From Nymphaea colorata (lineage: Eukaryota): DNA of 64,000 nt. Below are positions 41,001-53,222 of this stretch, piece by piece. The position numbers were made by a program, and so were the translations under genes. Numbering within the stretch: position 1 is the first letter of the stretch; every line of letters starts with the position of its first letter. The notes under the pieces were generated by a model, which did no database searches, was not told the DNA's origin, and was given only the letters and a program-made list of their open reading frames with translations. Location of the stretch: contig NC_045138.2 in NCBI RefSeq assembly GCF_008831285.2, forward strand, positions 8,556,001-8,620,000, given 5' to 3'.

Positions 41001-42480
41001 GGATGTCATTTATTAAGCAAAAAAATACCTTTCTAATGGTAGCTTGTGGACTTACAAACCTACCACTCGTGGTTCTGGAAAGGGAAATATTTATTGGGGT
41101 TGAAATGAAATATCACATTTAGTTGCATGGAACGTGGGCAATAAGAGAAAAAATCCAATTCTAGACAGATCAATGGAGATGGGGCTTGTTGCAATATCTT
41201 TTATCGGGAGAAGATATTCTCACCTGCACGCTGCTTTTGGGTGAGGCTTTGTTGTGATGAAGATGCAGCTTGCTGATTTTCTTTATCAGCACCTCCAATC
41301 CCCTTGGCTTCGACACATCATCTCTACTATCAGGCTGAATGAAAACCAGGACGCTCTAATGTGGCTGAATTCTGCTGACACTAAGGCTACGACCTGTAGG
41401 GATAATTGGGACACGATTTGACAGAAAAATCCTGTGGACAATACCAGCCAGGCGATCTGGGATAATCTAGCTCTCCCTCACACAAAATGGACCTCCTACC
41501 TAGCTCTGGAAGATTGATTCTTTACAAGTCAGAGGGTGAAACGCTTTGTGTTTCCACCTGACTAGTCATTGCTATCTATGCGCCAATAACTGTGACACTA
41601 GTTGCCATCTTTTCTCACAGTGCATCATTGCCAAGAAGTGTTGGGTCTTCGTTCTTGGACGAAAGTTCAATGTCTATATTCCTCAATGGCAGTCCCTGAA
41701 AGGGGCGATTACTTGGTGGTGGAAAAGAAACTTCAGGCTGAAATGGCTGACCAAAATCTGGCGCATGACTTTCCCTATAACCATCTGGCATTTATGGAAG
41801 ATGAGGAACAATATAGCTCATTGTGAGGACGCCCACAGGAACATCGATGTTCCTCACTTGATCTGGAATGACCTAGAGCAATCAACCTGCCTGTTTTAAT
41901 GTTTGCAGGAAGGAAATGACAGGGTGGCTTACTTCAGGTGTCAGACCAGACCCCTGGCCATTCTTTTGCAGACGCTGACTTTATGATCGAAGCTATGAAT
42001 CTGGTTTCTGCAACGACGCATATTCTGGTCTTTACCATTCAGCGAGGAAGTGGGGAATTTCTGAAAGCAGCAGCAGCCTTGTACCCAATTAACAGCAGAT
42101 GATTTCTCGAGATATATTTTGAATGAATTCCCTTTGACGTGGGAAATATCATTTTTGTTTGTGCTCCTATACAATGGAGGAAACAAATGGCAAGAATCAT
42201 TGCCTTGATTGGTTCTGGCATAAGCGACCCTGTCTTCAGCAACTTTTGCAGACGAACATCTATTTTCCAATGCAACCCGTCAATGGATACAGTGAAAATT
42301 TTGGCTACTAAAGTTGACATTAATACTTGTGTTGTTTGGGATTGCTTCCCCTCTCAGGTGGATAATCCTTCCTCTCTCTAGGGGTTAGCATCTGTTTTGG
42401 TTTTTGTACATTCTTCCTACTGTCTATGTATCTTCATTTTCGCTTAATAAAGGATTTGGGGCCTTACTCCAAAATAACAG
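38030..42480 (+). mobile_element. Degenerate L1-clade LINE (possible ORF1 tail plus full ORF2 footprint)
   Basis: Motifs run in order: APE start MKVPAWNIR (~38301), GDFNA, SDQCP, FRFFNCW, WRQKARVTWLNMGDQ, LDLSKAYD, RGLRQGDPLS, YADD (~40428), KYMGLP, KLASWKGK, and zf-RVT CYLC..HLFSQC. AATAAA near 42446. Many stops and frameshifts. Confidence 0.92.
39933..40110. mobile_element. hAT-like MITE nested in the LINE RT
   Basis: TIRs TAGGCCTGGGCATC / GATGCCCATCTCTA; TSD TACAGAAC / TACACAAC. The ends resemble the element at 18419-18706. Confidence 0.82.
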
Positions 42481-44336
42481 ACATAAGAAATATTTTATAT
42501 CAAGGGTGTTGTAGTTATTTCACCCTTTTGGCGTAGCTTGAGTTATTATAAGAAATGTTTGTATTATGAACGGACTAAAAGTCTAAAAGGTCAATATTAT
42601 GCAAAGACTTTATTTTTTTCCATGTTTTGGTTTTATTTAAATTTTATGTGCATTTTCAGAGATTCTTGTTACTTGGTATGTGAAATAAACAAAACAGTTT
42701 GCAGTGAGACTCATTTGTGATTTCAGTCTGAGTTGTCCGTATCGTTTCTTGCTACATTATATTATGGAGAAAACTAGAGGTCCCAAATATCGTCTGATAC
42801 GAGTCTGAATCGGGCCGAATGGCCTGTATTACTGATGCTTTCGAAATAACATTAAAATATTATTTTTAATTAATAATATAAAATTATTTAAAATCATTAT
42901 TTTGGGGAAATACGCAATGTCATTTAGAAGAAAACATATAACAATGGAAACAGAAATTGACAACATTGCCCTCAACAGCATAAACCCTTGATTCGAAGGC
43001 ATATGCTTTGTGCGGGGGTTTAGAACCAATCCTCTTTGTCTAAAATCTGGCCTTCTCTATCAACTTTCATTTGAGATAAAAAAAAAAAAAAAACTGATCA
43101 AATAACGTACGGCTACGAGGGCCACAACCATATATATTCACAGTGAATTTATATATCAACCTATTATTGAATACAAAATGCATACCGGTATCCACACATA
43201 TTAAATTACAAAAGCTTTTAAAATAACAATTACACCCAACCCAATTGATTACAATTGCTATTCTATCCTCAAATAGCACACGGTATACAAATTAATAATG
43301 CATTATACAATTAAACTGCCTTGACCCTAAAAAAGTAAGGGAAAATGAAAAGCTTTGGTTCTCGTTTGGGTGGATCACGATGTTCACCCAGAGCTTACGA
43401 TCATTTATTTTATTTACCATTTAATGGCTTCTTAATTTTTTCTAGAAAAATCACTTCTTATTGGGTCAAATTATAAGTCTAGGCAAAAGTAGAGAATATT
43501 ATTAATTTCAAAGGACAATAAAATCTAATAGATCATATCTACTAAATGCAGAATTAAAAATTTGGTCGAACTTGTCACAGTTAATTAGATAAGTATGTTC
43601 GTCTGGTAGCTCCCAATTTAGTAGCAATTCGATTTGATCATTTTGGAGATGGCGTCTGGGGGGCAAGGTAGGTGTTCGGACCCAAACACCCACCTGCATG
43701 CTGTACTTTGTATTTTTTGAGCATTTTTGAAGATGGAAGGGTACTTCAGTCATTTAAAAAAAATTCTCTTTCGATTTTTTGTCTTTTTCAAACACAAAAA
43801 AGAAAAAAAAACCTTTAGTAATTTAAGTTAGTTTTGACAAAAACAAGCTGAGGTTTGGTGGTATAACAAAAGGCACAGTTAAATAGAGATACCTTCCGTT
43901 TAAGAGCCACTTTGTTTTATAATCTAGGCATGAAGTTAACCCAAAGAAATCAGAACTCTAGTGTGCTTTGGTTGTTCCATTAAAACTTAACCATATGTTT
44001 ATAAAATCTTCAACTTTTGTAATAAATTGAGTGAAAAGTATGAAATCAAGTTTTCACCGAAGCTTTTGTATGTCAAGCTGTGGGATGGCCCATTTGCACC
44101 CCACTGATAAAATATATCTCTTGAAATTAAGATGGCCCTTGTGTTTTTAAATGCAATTATATAAGCATGATTGTTGAAAACACTAAAGTAATATGTCATG
44201 TTGTTGCGGCCTAATAAATACTGTGTTTACCATGAGGAATGGGGAAAACCATGTGTTTGTCTTCCAAGTTTTTTTTTTAACAGACTAAACTCTTAGATAT
44301 ATTGCAGTAATCAAACATGTTTAATGAGAAGACTAA

Positions 44337-44574
44337 GGGCGCGTTTGGATGCATGCGCAAAAACTCATTTTGTCTGTTTGGGTGGCATGAAAACAGCGTT
44401 TTTCAGAAACCTTGTTTTTATAAGACACTAAAAAAACTACCTCCTTAGGTTTTTCACCTAAAACCAATTTTGCTTCCAATCCAAACATAAAAACGATGTT
44501 TTTCAAAAAATCATTTTTAGAAAACCAGCTTTTTGAAAAATCATTTTTTTTCAATGTATCGTCCAAACGTTACC
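44337..44574. mobile_element. Tourist-like (PIF/Harbinger) MITE
   Basis: TIRs GGGCGCGTTTGGA / TCCAAACGTTACC, flanked by TAA on both sides. Confidence 0.78.
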
Positions 44575-44578
44575 TAAA

Positions 44579-45548
44579 GGGGCATTGGATGACACTCAAA
44601 AATCATGTTTTAGAGACAACCTAGTTTTATGTTTAGAACAATGTTTTTGGAGTGTTTGAGTGTTATCAAAACTGGTAGGAAAACTCATTTTTGAAAAACC
44701 CAAGTTTTGTAAAAGGGAATGAAAAACTTGAACATACTAGGCAGTGGCAGAGACAGAAAAAAATTATGGAGGCGCACTTGTTCACAGATTTTCATGTTTG
44801 AAGGGACACTCATGTGTATAAATGAGCAAATAATTGAGGAATATTAATGTGAAAATAAAGAAACATTGAGAGGTTTGTGTGGCAGTTGCCCACACCAACC
44901 CACATGTAGCTCTGCCACTAGAAATGGGTTCTTTATATATAAAAAAAAAAGGAATTTTGAGTGTCTTATCCAAATAAACAAAATATGTTTTCAAAACTCA
45001 TTAAAAGAACTTGGTTTTCATTGGATGACACCCTCAAAAGCCCAGTTTTTTTAAAACTTGGTTTAGTGAAAACCAAGTTTTCTAAATCGTTTCTAAAAAT
45101 TAAATAGTTTTTTTTTTGTTTAATTGGGTAGCACATATAAAACACAGTTTCTTGTGAATAACTTGGAGGAGGCCATGCCATTCACTACTTTCGTAAAACC
45201 AAGTTCTGTAAAAAATTGGTTTTGGTCCAACCCAATGAAGCAACTAAACACACACAAAACTTAATTTTGGAGGCAAAACCATATTTTGCCTCAAAACTGG
45301 ATAGGTTTTCCAAGCAAAATATAGTTTTGCCTCTAAGACCAGGTTTTTTGAATTTTTGGGTGCTATCGAAATTGGGTTTGAAGAAAACCCAGCTTTGATA
45401 AGACCATGTTTTGTAAAAGGGAATAAAAAACCTCAATCTCATCAAGTTATTTATAAAAATTAGATTTTGGGGGTGCTATCCAAAACAAACTATGTTCTCA
45501 AAACTCAATAAAAATTTTGATTTTCACAAAACTAGGTTAAAATGCCCC
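44579..45548. mobile_element. Cluster of Tourist-like MITE sequence with a nested CAGTGGC-type element (44742-44920)
   Basis: GGGGCATT...AATGCCCC ends and repeated AAAACC/GGTTTT motifs. The inner element has TIRs CAGTGGCAGAG / CTCTGCCACTA. Confidence 0.55.
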
Positions 45549-45576
45549 TTATGGAGCATTTAGATGACATCCCAAT

Positions 45577-48500
45577 TGTTTACGTGCAATATTTGCATAT
45601 TGCATATAGATAGTAAAAATTAGAAAAGAAAAATATGTAACTGGCCTCTGAATAGTTATGTGGGATAGACTCGAGAGATGGGATCCAACTTATCAGTACG
45701 AGATCTGACCATTCTTTGTGTCTTTATCAGGGACAATCATTCCAAAGACTAGACTTTGTGATATAATGTCTAGACATTGAATGTTGTCCAAATCCTATAT
45801 ATATTAAAACAAATATCCCTAATTTTTTAAAAGATTTGATTCAAAATCTAAGTGGATAATAAGATATTAGGGTTTATGAACTGAAAAAAAAATTAAAGAG
45901 ATCCACACATGCTGACCTAGGGTAATATGATGCATGCACCTAGATTACACCTGACCAGGATATGGTTTCTAGGGTTAAGGGTTCAAGTCATGGCACTGGA
46001 GATCTAATTTAATTCAAATATTTACTTCAGTCAAAGATCCAATATTAAGATTCATGATCTAGTATTCATATATGAGTTCACATAATCCAATATTGATCCA
46101 GTGTTAACGTGCAATGTCATAATCCAAATGAAATATCCAACTCTATATTGGAATCCAAGATCCAGGCTCTACACGGTTGTCTAGGGTTAAGATCCAAATT
46201 ATCATAACATAAGATCCACCATGGTTCATGATCCAAATTTTAGATCCAATATAGTTTTAGTTCTAAGATCCAAATTCACATTCATGATACAAATCTTGAT
46301 CCAATTCTGATGTAGGCATCAGAGATCCAGTTCTAAAGCCCAATGTCATAATCCAAATGAGATATCCAACTCTATATTGGAATCCAAGATGCAGGCTCTA
46401 GGGTTGTCTATGGTTAAGATCCAAATTATCATAACATAAGATGCACCATGGTTCATGATCCAAATTTTAGATCCAATATAGTTTAGATCTAAGATCCAAA
46501 TTCATATTCATGATCCAATTCATTGTATCATAAGATCCTCATTCAAATTTAAGATCGAAACTACCCTAAAGCTTTCACTTCTTGTGGGTTTGTATGATTG
46601 AATCTAATTAAGGCTTTTAGGATACCTAGGGCTCAGAGTCGACAAAAATTAGGGTTTTCAAGTAGTGGGCTTCAATGTCTGGCTTAACTAGACATTGAAG
46701 TATGTCCATGAAGGTCAATCAAGGTCCCAGTTCTAGGGTTTTGGAGACTGAGTAGAGGGTTCTAAGGCCAATTTAAGCAAAGCCTTGAAAAGACACAAGC
46801 ATAGGTCCAACCTAGGCTAGACCATGATCATGTATGAATCTAGAGTTTCAAAGACTTGTTTGACAAAAAACTTGCTTTCGAAATCCACCATAAAATGAAA
46901 ACTATGATTTATAAAGAAGTGCGTTCAATTAGGGTTTTAATATGCCAGTACTATTGTTGCAAGGCGTGGTACTAGTCCCATTTGACCCAGTTTCTAGACA
47001 AACCATGGTGTGTGCTGAATGTGGATCATGGTGCTCATTTGAAACCATGTGCAGATGCATGCATAGATCTAAGCAATTACATGAAAATGGAAATAACATG
47101 CTTTTATGCAGAGAAACAATATAGAGCTGAAATTAAAGAACTGAAATGAAAAAGAGGAAAAGAGAGGGAGGCATAGCTGACCTCCACACCTTAGCCTAGA
47201 GACATAAAATTAAATATACTTAGGAAAGCAGAAAATATATTGCACGGATAAAAAAGCAAACTTCCATATGCAGAGAACTAAAAGCAATGATATTTGAACA
47301 TTTTATGCTCGATTCTCAATGCAAACAAGATGATATGATGTTCTATGAAGAGTTTTGAAAGTAGCTCGTTCTGTTTCTATGGCGTCAGAATCCATATAAT
47401 ATATGACATATAAAGCATATATATTTGGTGCAAACCCACGGTGTCTAGATTCAATGCAACTAAAGCTTGGATCAAGGTCAGTTCTGAGATTTAGAGCATG
47501 ACGTGGATCTAGTGATTGTTATAGAAAGCATATCTCAGATATGACACTTGATTTGGATCCAAGAACTGAATTCAGGGACTTCAATATGAGAAAATTTAGC
47601 TTATAGATCTGGATTTGATGTCAAGATCTGAAAATGAAGACAGAGAAATTGTGCATGCTCTTGCCAGGCTTAGTTTGGGCTAGGTAGGCTCATACATAAT
47701 GAGTTCACAGGTCAAGTTCTATGTTAAGTCTAGATTTAGTTAGATGCAGCTTCCACTGGCTTGGCTCAAGTCTGGCTCTAACTAGGTCCAACTCGAAGTT
47801 CAGTTCTATCAGCCTAGGTTTAACTTCACATGGGCTCAGTAGTCCCTAAGCTCATGCATGACCCTAAATTAGGTGTCTGTCGCATTAACTTACGTTTATA
47901 TAGAAGTAATGCATACATCGAGAAGGACAAATTTACCTCTTGCATGAAAACCAGGTTTTGCGACTTGGGTGGGCTGACTGCACCCCACCGTGGGTCAGCT
48001 CAAGTTGTAGTTGTGCGCCAACTTTCAATTCAAAATTCCTCCATTTATCCCTCCAAAATTACAAATTTCTAAATTGACTGGACTGTAAATGACTATATGC
48101 AGACACCATGAATGGAAATATTGAGAAATAAGATTTAGGGCATGCCATTTCCATCTGAACTCTGAAATACTCTAGTAAAATATATCTGATCTCTTATCAA
48201 TGAAGAAAGTAAAACTTGATGCCACATTGATCAAAATTGAGCTCACAAGATGAGTTGTGTGCTAAGTGAGATGTCTAGAATTAGACAACCATTAGTGAAT
48301 AAAAATCTAATTGAGCTCAATCTAAAGAAAATGAACTCGATACTTAGATCCAACACTGAAGAATATGATCCTAGGTCAATATGAGTTGACTAGTTTTGAT
48401 CAAGCCCAAACTAAGGTTAGATCCTACCAAGTAGGTGAGAGAGTGACAGAGTGTAATCAGACAGTTTAGTTTAAAATGGAAATTTGGATCTTGGAATTGA

Positions 48501-48963
48501 AAGTAACTTCTGTTTAAATTATGTTGCATGGGAGGTGACCTTAACTTGATTTCAATCAGGTTTGACAATGTCATGGTGATCTACAATTGACAGGTGATTT
48601 GGTTCAATGAGATGCCTTGTGTTGGAATGAGATGGTTTGAACTAAGTAAAAGTTGACAGGTTGACTCTGATGACCCTTAAAGACTTGTAAAGGTGAGAGT
48701 TAGCCCAATTGAGTAGGTTTGGGCTATTATCAAAGTTCATGTGGTTTTCTAAAGTTTAGGCATAGAGTGGACATTTGCTAAGGTGACAACAACCTATTAG
48801 TTTCCTAGACATTAGGTGCTTGATGCTTAGATGAGATAAATGGGGAATTGGTTCAGGATTAACGGCTTTCCAATCTGAAATACTTTTAAAAACTAGGTCA
48901 AAATTAACATGAAGGGGTAAAATGGTAATTTAGCTAATATAAAAAATTTGGAGCGTTTGCACA
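45577..48963 (-). mobile_element. Probable third solo LTR (~3.4 kb), inserted in a Tourist-like MITE
   Basis: Carries the shared motif at 45676-45738 and ends AAATTTGGAGCGTTTGCACA. MITE-type sequence resumes after it and ends GCCCCCC-TAA at ~49192. TSD not convincingly matched. Confidence 0.55.
46112..46517. repeat. Direct duplication, period ~229 bp, in a GATCCAA-rich array
   Basis: CAATGTCATAATCCAAATGA...AAGATCCAAATTCA occurs at ~46112-46290 and ~46341-46517 with few differences. Confidence 0.85.
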
Positions 48964-50919
48964 AGCTTTGGTCTAAATCAAGTTTTTGGAGTATTTGGGT
49001 AAAGGAAAACTTATATTTGACAAAAAGACTTGGTTTTATAAAAGGGAGTAAAAAACCCAATGCTCTTAGGTTATCCAGAGTAGCCAGGTTTTGGGTGTCA
49101 CCCAAATAAACAAAATTTTCAAATCTCACCAAAAACTTGGTTTTACAAAACCAAGTTTTCATGAACTGGTTTATATTTTCCATGTGCCCCCCTAACGTGT
49201 TGCTAAATTTGGAAGACCATAAGCCACTAATTTTTGCCCCTTAAAAGACCACCCATTATAATTGAAAAAATTTCTTGCCAATTTGTTGAACTGGTTATTT
49301 TAGGCAAATATGCACATCTAATATTTTAAGAGGGATCTAATAAGGTAATGCTAAGAAGACCTAAACAAAAAAGGTAAGACAAGTTTAGCTCGATGATTGT
49401 GTGTCTATACGTGCATGCACGTGCCCAATGTTCGTCCAGTAGCAGTAGCAATATCCTTGCTTGTTATAATATTAACCAAAGAAAAAATAAGGGGCAGCCT
49501 TCAAATTTAGAGAAATTTATGAATAGGACCTCAAATTTTGATATATTTATAAACAACCAGCTAACATTTGAGAAACTACAAATAACTGCTTAACCTATAC
49601 CACGACTTGCAGACACATGCTTTATAAATGAAGTCGTTAAAGTATATAGAGTGTGACCATTTTCCCCCTGATAAGAAAAAAGTTCCTTCAAAGAAAAGAG
49701 TCATTTGAAATTTACATATCCCCTGCTGGTCTAATTGTTGGTATAAGAAGGCAAGAGAGGGTAGTGAAAATTTATAAAGGTGCTTTATGAACTTTCATTT
49801 TCTTAAAATTAATGATCTATATTAAGAGTAAGTTCTTGATTTTAGTTTACATGTTCGGGAAGCAGAAAACTCTCACGTCTCACGTTTTTAATGGAGTTAG
49901 TCGGTAGTCAGTTTTTGTTTCGAATTTCCAGAACATCAAGTTATAATGTATGAGGTGCCACCTGAAAGTACTAAAAGCATTCCTGAACCTTAACATATAA
50001 AGGAAGGGAAGGGAAGTGAGGTGACTTCTGTCTAAACGGTGAGATTTCCTTCGTTTTTATTAAATACATTGAAAAAAAAGTTCATTTATGAAGTACGTCG
50101 GTGAATTATTTTGTGAATTTAAGTTGTTTGTAATTTTCAACATAATAAGTGCTTATTTGTAAATACATTAAACCTAGAGCATTGATCTACAAAATGAGTA
50201 ATTTCTCTAACATGTGGAGTGGTAGGGACCGATACACCCTATGATTGACCATAAGAGGTGCTCGAGGGTTTTCCGTTTTATATTCGAGTGCATTTTCGGC
50301 CTTTGAATAAACCTTTTCTCCTTCCATTTTTGCCCTTCAACACTTCACTTCCTAAAATATTTTAGGAAAAAATTGAGAAGATATTTAAGATACTTTCATT
50401 TGGATTGGCTGATACACGCTCTAACAAGATCAACACGACATTATACGTTTTATTATTTTAAACTTATAAAAGAAGGTAAAGCATTTTTAATTATTTTAAA
50501 ATTTAAAAATAAAAAAAGAAAGACAACATAGGCTGTTATTGATGCGGGACAAACATCAATATCTACACCATTTCTATAATTTAAGAAGAGAGAGAAAGGG
50601 GGTGCTTTGACGGCAAACTTGTGGTACAAGTATCTATTTTTATTAGATTTTTTCAATGTACAGATGAAAGAAAAATAGGAGCCGTCGATTTGTCAAGATC
50701 TAAGGGCCCAAATAAATTCCTGAATTGCAAGGAAGAAAGAGCAGTAGAAAGGCAGATGAAAAAGTAATAAGGCGACCTCGTCTCAAATTAATGACCGTCA
50801 TCACTTTTATAATAATTGATGAAGGGAAGGGAAGAACTACAAAATGGGAGGCGAAAAGAAGGTCGGAAAATCTCCCTTTTTCCATTTCATGTCTCCACGT
50901 TGAATCAGGAAAGACAGAG

Positions 50920-53222
50920 AGACCGCCCTTTCTCTCCCGTTTGCTAGGAAACTTCGAAGTTTTCTAGCTGCTGTGTGGAGAGAGAGAGAGAGTTGCGTCC
51001 AGGATGCTGGGAACGACCGGGTATGCAGCCCTCTCTCTCTCCATTTTGTTCTACCTTCTCCAAACACCAATTTGGTGACCATGGTCGTGCTCGGATATCC
51101 CTGAAGAAGAAAGGCATGCTCCCTCTCTCTCTCTGGTTTGTGGGTATAATTAGTTATTGCCAATCTCTCATTTCAGCTACAATTTTGATTTCTTTCTAGT
51201 TCTCTTGGTGCTGTGTGTGGAGGAGAGCATGCTATTGCAAATCGGATGTTTTTTCTGCTGTTTTTGGATATTATGGTGGGGTTCAGCAGGGGAACTTGTG
51301 GTAGAAAGGAAAAGGAGAAAGCAGGGAATGGGTGGTGATTTTTTGGGGTTATTTTGTTGTTGGCCTAGAACGATGGCACTCTGTGTCGTTATTCCAGTCG
51401 GGTTCAGCTTCAGATTCTCTATTGATTCTTGTGTATCTTTTCTAGCTCCTAGCTCAGCAGCTGATATTTGGTTGCCCGATTCTCGGTTCTGTGATTCCAT
51501 GTTGAACGTGAGTCCTCGTGAACGGTATGCCTCAACTCGCATCGGAGACGAACGAGGCGGAAATATATAGTTCTTTCACCGGTTTCTCTTGGTTCTGATG
51601 GAAATTGTTAAACCAATTGGAGTAGATACTAATGTTTTGTAGTTGGCGGTAATAGGGAGACTAGCTTTGTGCAATGATGCGTTGTTGGAAGTCAAGAATC
51701 TGACAGCCTTTAAATAGAGCATCTCCAAACTTTTAGTGGCGTTTTTTGTGCTTTCAAGTGAGGTCCTTGTTTGTTCGAAAGTGATTTTGGCCCTGTGTTA
51801 GTGGTTTGCGGTTCTTCATTGTCTTACGCCCTTTGTATACTCTAATAATTGATGGTTGTTGCTGGTCTGCACCACCAAGTTCAATTTTTTAATGTTTTAA
51901 TTTCTTTTTATCCTGATGCCTGCCAAATACTGCTGCTCAAATTGAATGAGTCGATATTTAGGTGTCTCATAAACTTAATGCATTGCTACTGAGTATGTAA
52001 AGCAAGGTATAGGTACACACTAAACGTATAATGTTTCCTATGCTGTGTAATAATTGCCCTACTAGTAATATTGTACATCTACACAAGTGTAACCCATTTG
52101 CATGCCCGCAGACACACATATATGCGATCAAAGACACGTGCAAAACCTGAATAATGACTTACAGTGCATACTGCTCCTCAAATATATCAAGAAAAAATAT
52201 ACAGTGCCCTGCTTATGAAAGCATACTCTGCATATGCAAATGCTCCGGGCCAGAAGCACCAAGACTGACACTACTGCAGTATGGTTTGAGATATGCTGAT
52301 GTTATAATATATGAAGTATATTTCATTTCAGCAACACTTACTAGGCTAGAGTCACTATAAAAATTGCTGTTAATTTTTTTTTTCTGCATGGTGATATATT
52401 TCAGGCTTTAAGCTGATATTTTAGTCAAATTAATGAATCCTATCTCTGGTATTTTAACCTCTATTTATTGAGCATAGAGACTTTCCCTTCACTATTTCAC
52501 ATAAGATGGAGGTAGAAGTTAGAACTACTAATGAAATTTCAAACTTATCATAAACAAAGTCAAGGAAAGAGTAAGGGCTACAAGAAAATCAGACTTTAAG
52601 GGTGCAGAAGTCCTGGAGGAAAGATGGTGTCAGGGAGAACCTTTTGTCATAGGAATGCTTAGCTTCGTCTATTTGGAGGGAAAGCAATCCACCATTTAGA
52701 ATCATGTTATGCTTTGGGCTGAAGGGAACATATGCTGCTGGGTACAGTTTCTTGATGTAAATCAAAACGATTTCATAGCAGTGGATTTTAGGTAATCCAA
52801 AAGAAATGTTTGATGCATAAAAGAATTTTGTTTAACTGCTTCCGTCTTCCAAAAAACCAAGATAAATTTCCAAGGAATTTTCAGGTTACTTCCTTGAATC
52901 GTAGAGTGCTGTTTTTGTAGCGTCTCATTCTTATACCTGCAGCGAGGGCTTTAAGTCCAGTGGTCATCTGCACGAATTCTTGAAAGATGGCAGTTTACCT
53001 TTTGTTAAGTTCCTGTCAGTTGATTCCCCAAACCTTCATTCAGATCTCATAAAGAAGTGGAGTTGTTGGGCATCCTTCAAATGCTGATAGTTACTTGAGT
53101 GAGAATTTGATATTGTAGGTTGAACTATGAAGATAAAAAAAGGGTATGAGATTATTTATTGGTTCACTTGTTTGGCAACTCATTGTTGCTCACAAATTTC
53201 CTACAAAAACTATTTTTTGCAG
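50920..53222 (+). promoter_or_regulatory. Putative 5' UTR exon(s) and 5'-UTR intron of the PPR-SMR gene
   Basis: A CT/GA-rich leader starts near 50920. There is a candidate donor AC|GTGAGT at ~51508 and an acceptor TTTTTTGCAG directly before the ATG. Inferred only. Confidence 0.45.

Noticed and set aside
50837..51570. 100-137 aa ORFs upstream of the PPR gene
   Set aside because: Low-complexity and overlapping on both strands, with no domain. Consistent with 5' UTR or promoter sequence.
53127..53222. N-terminal 32 aa of the 937-aa ORF
   Set aside because: It ends in a typical acceptor (TTTTTTGCAG) and the family-like start follows at 53223, so it is most likely intron read-through.
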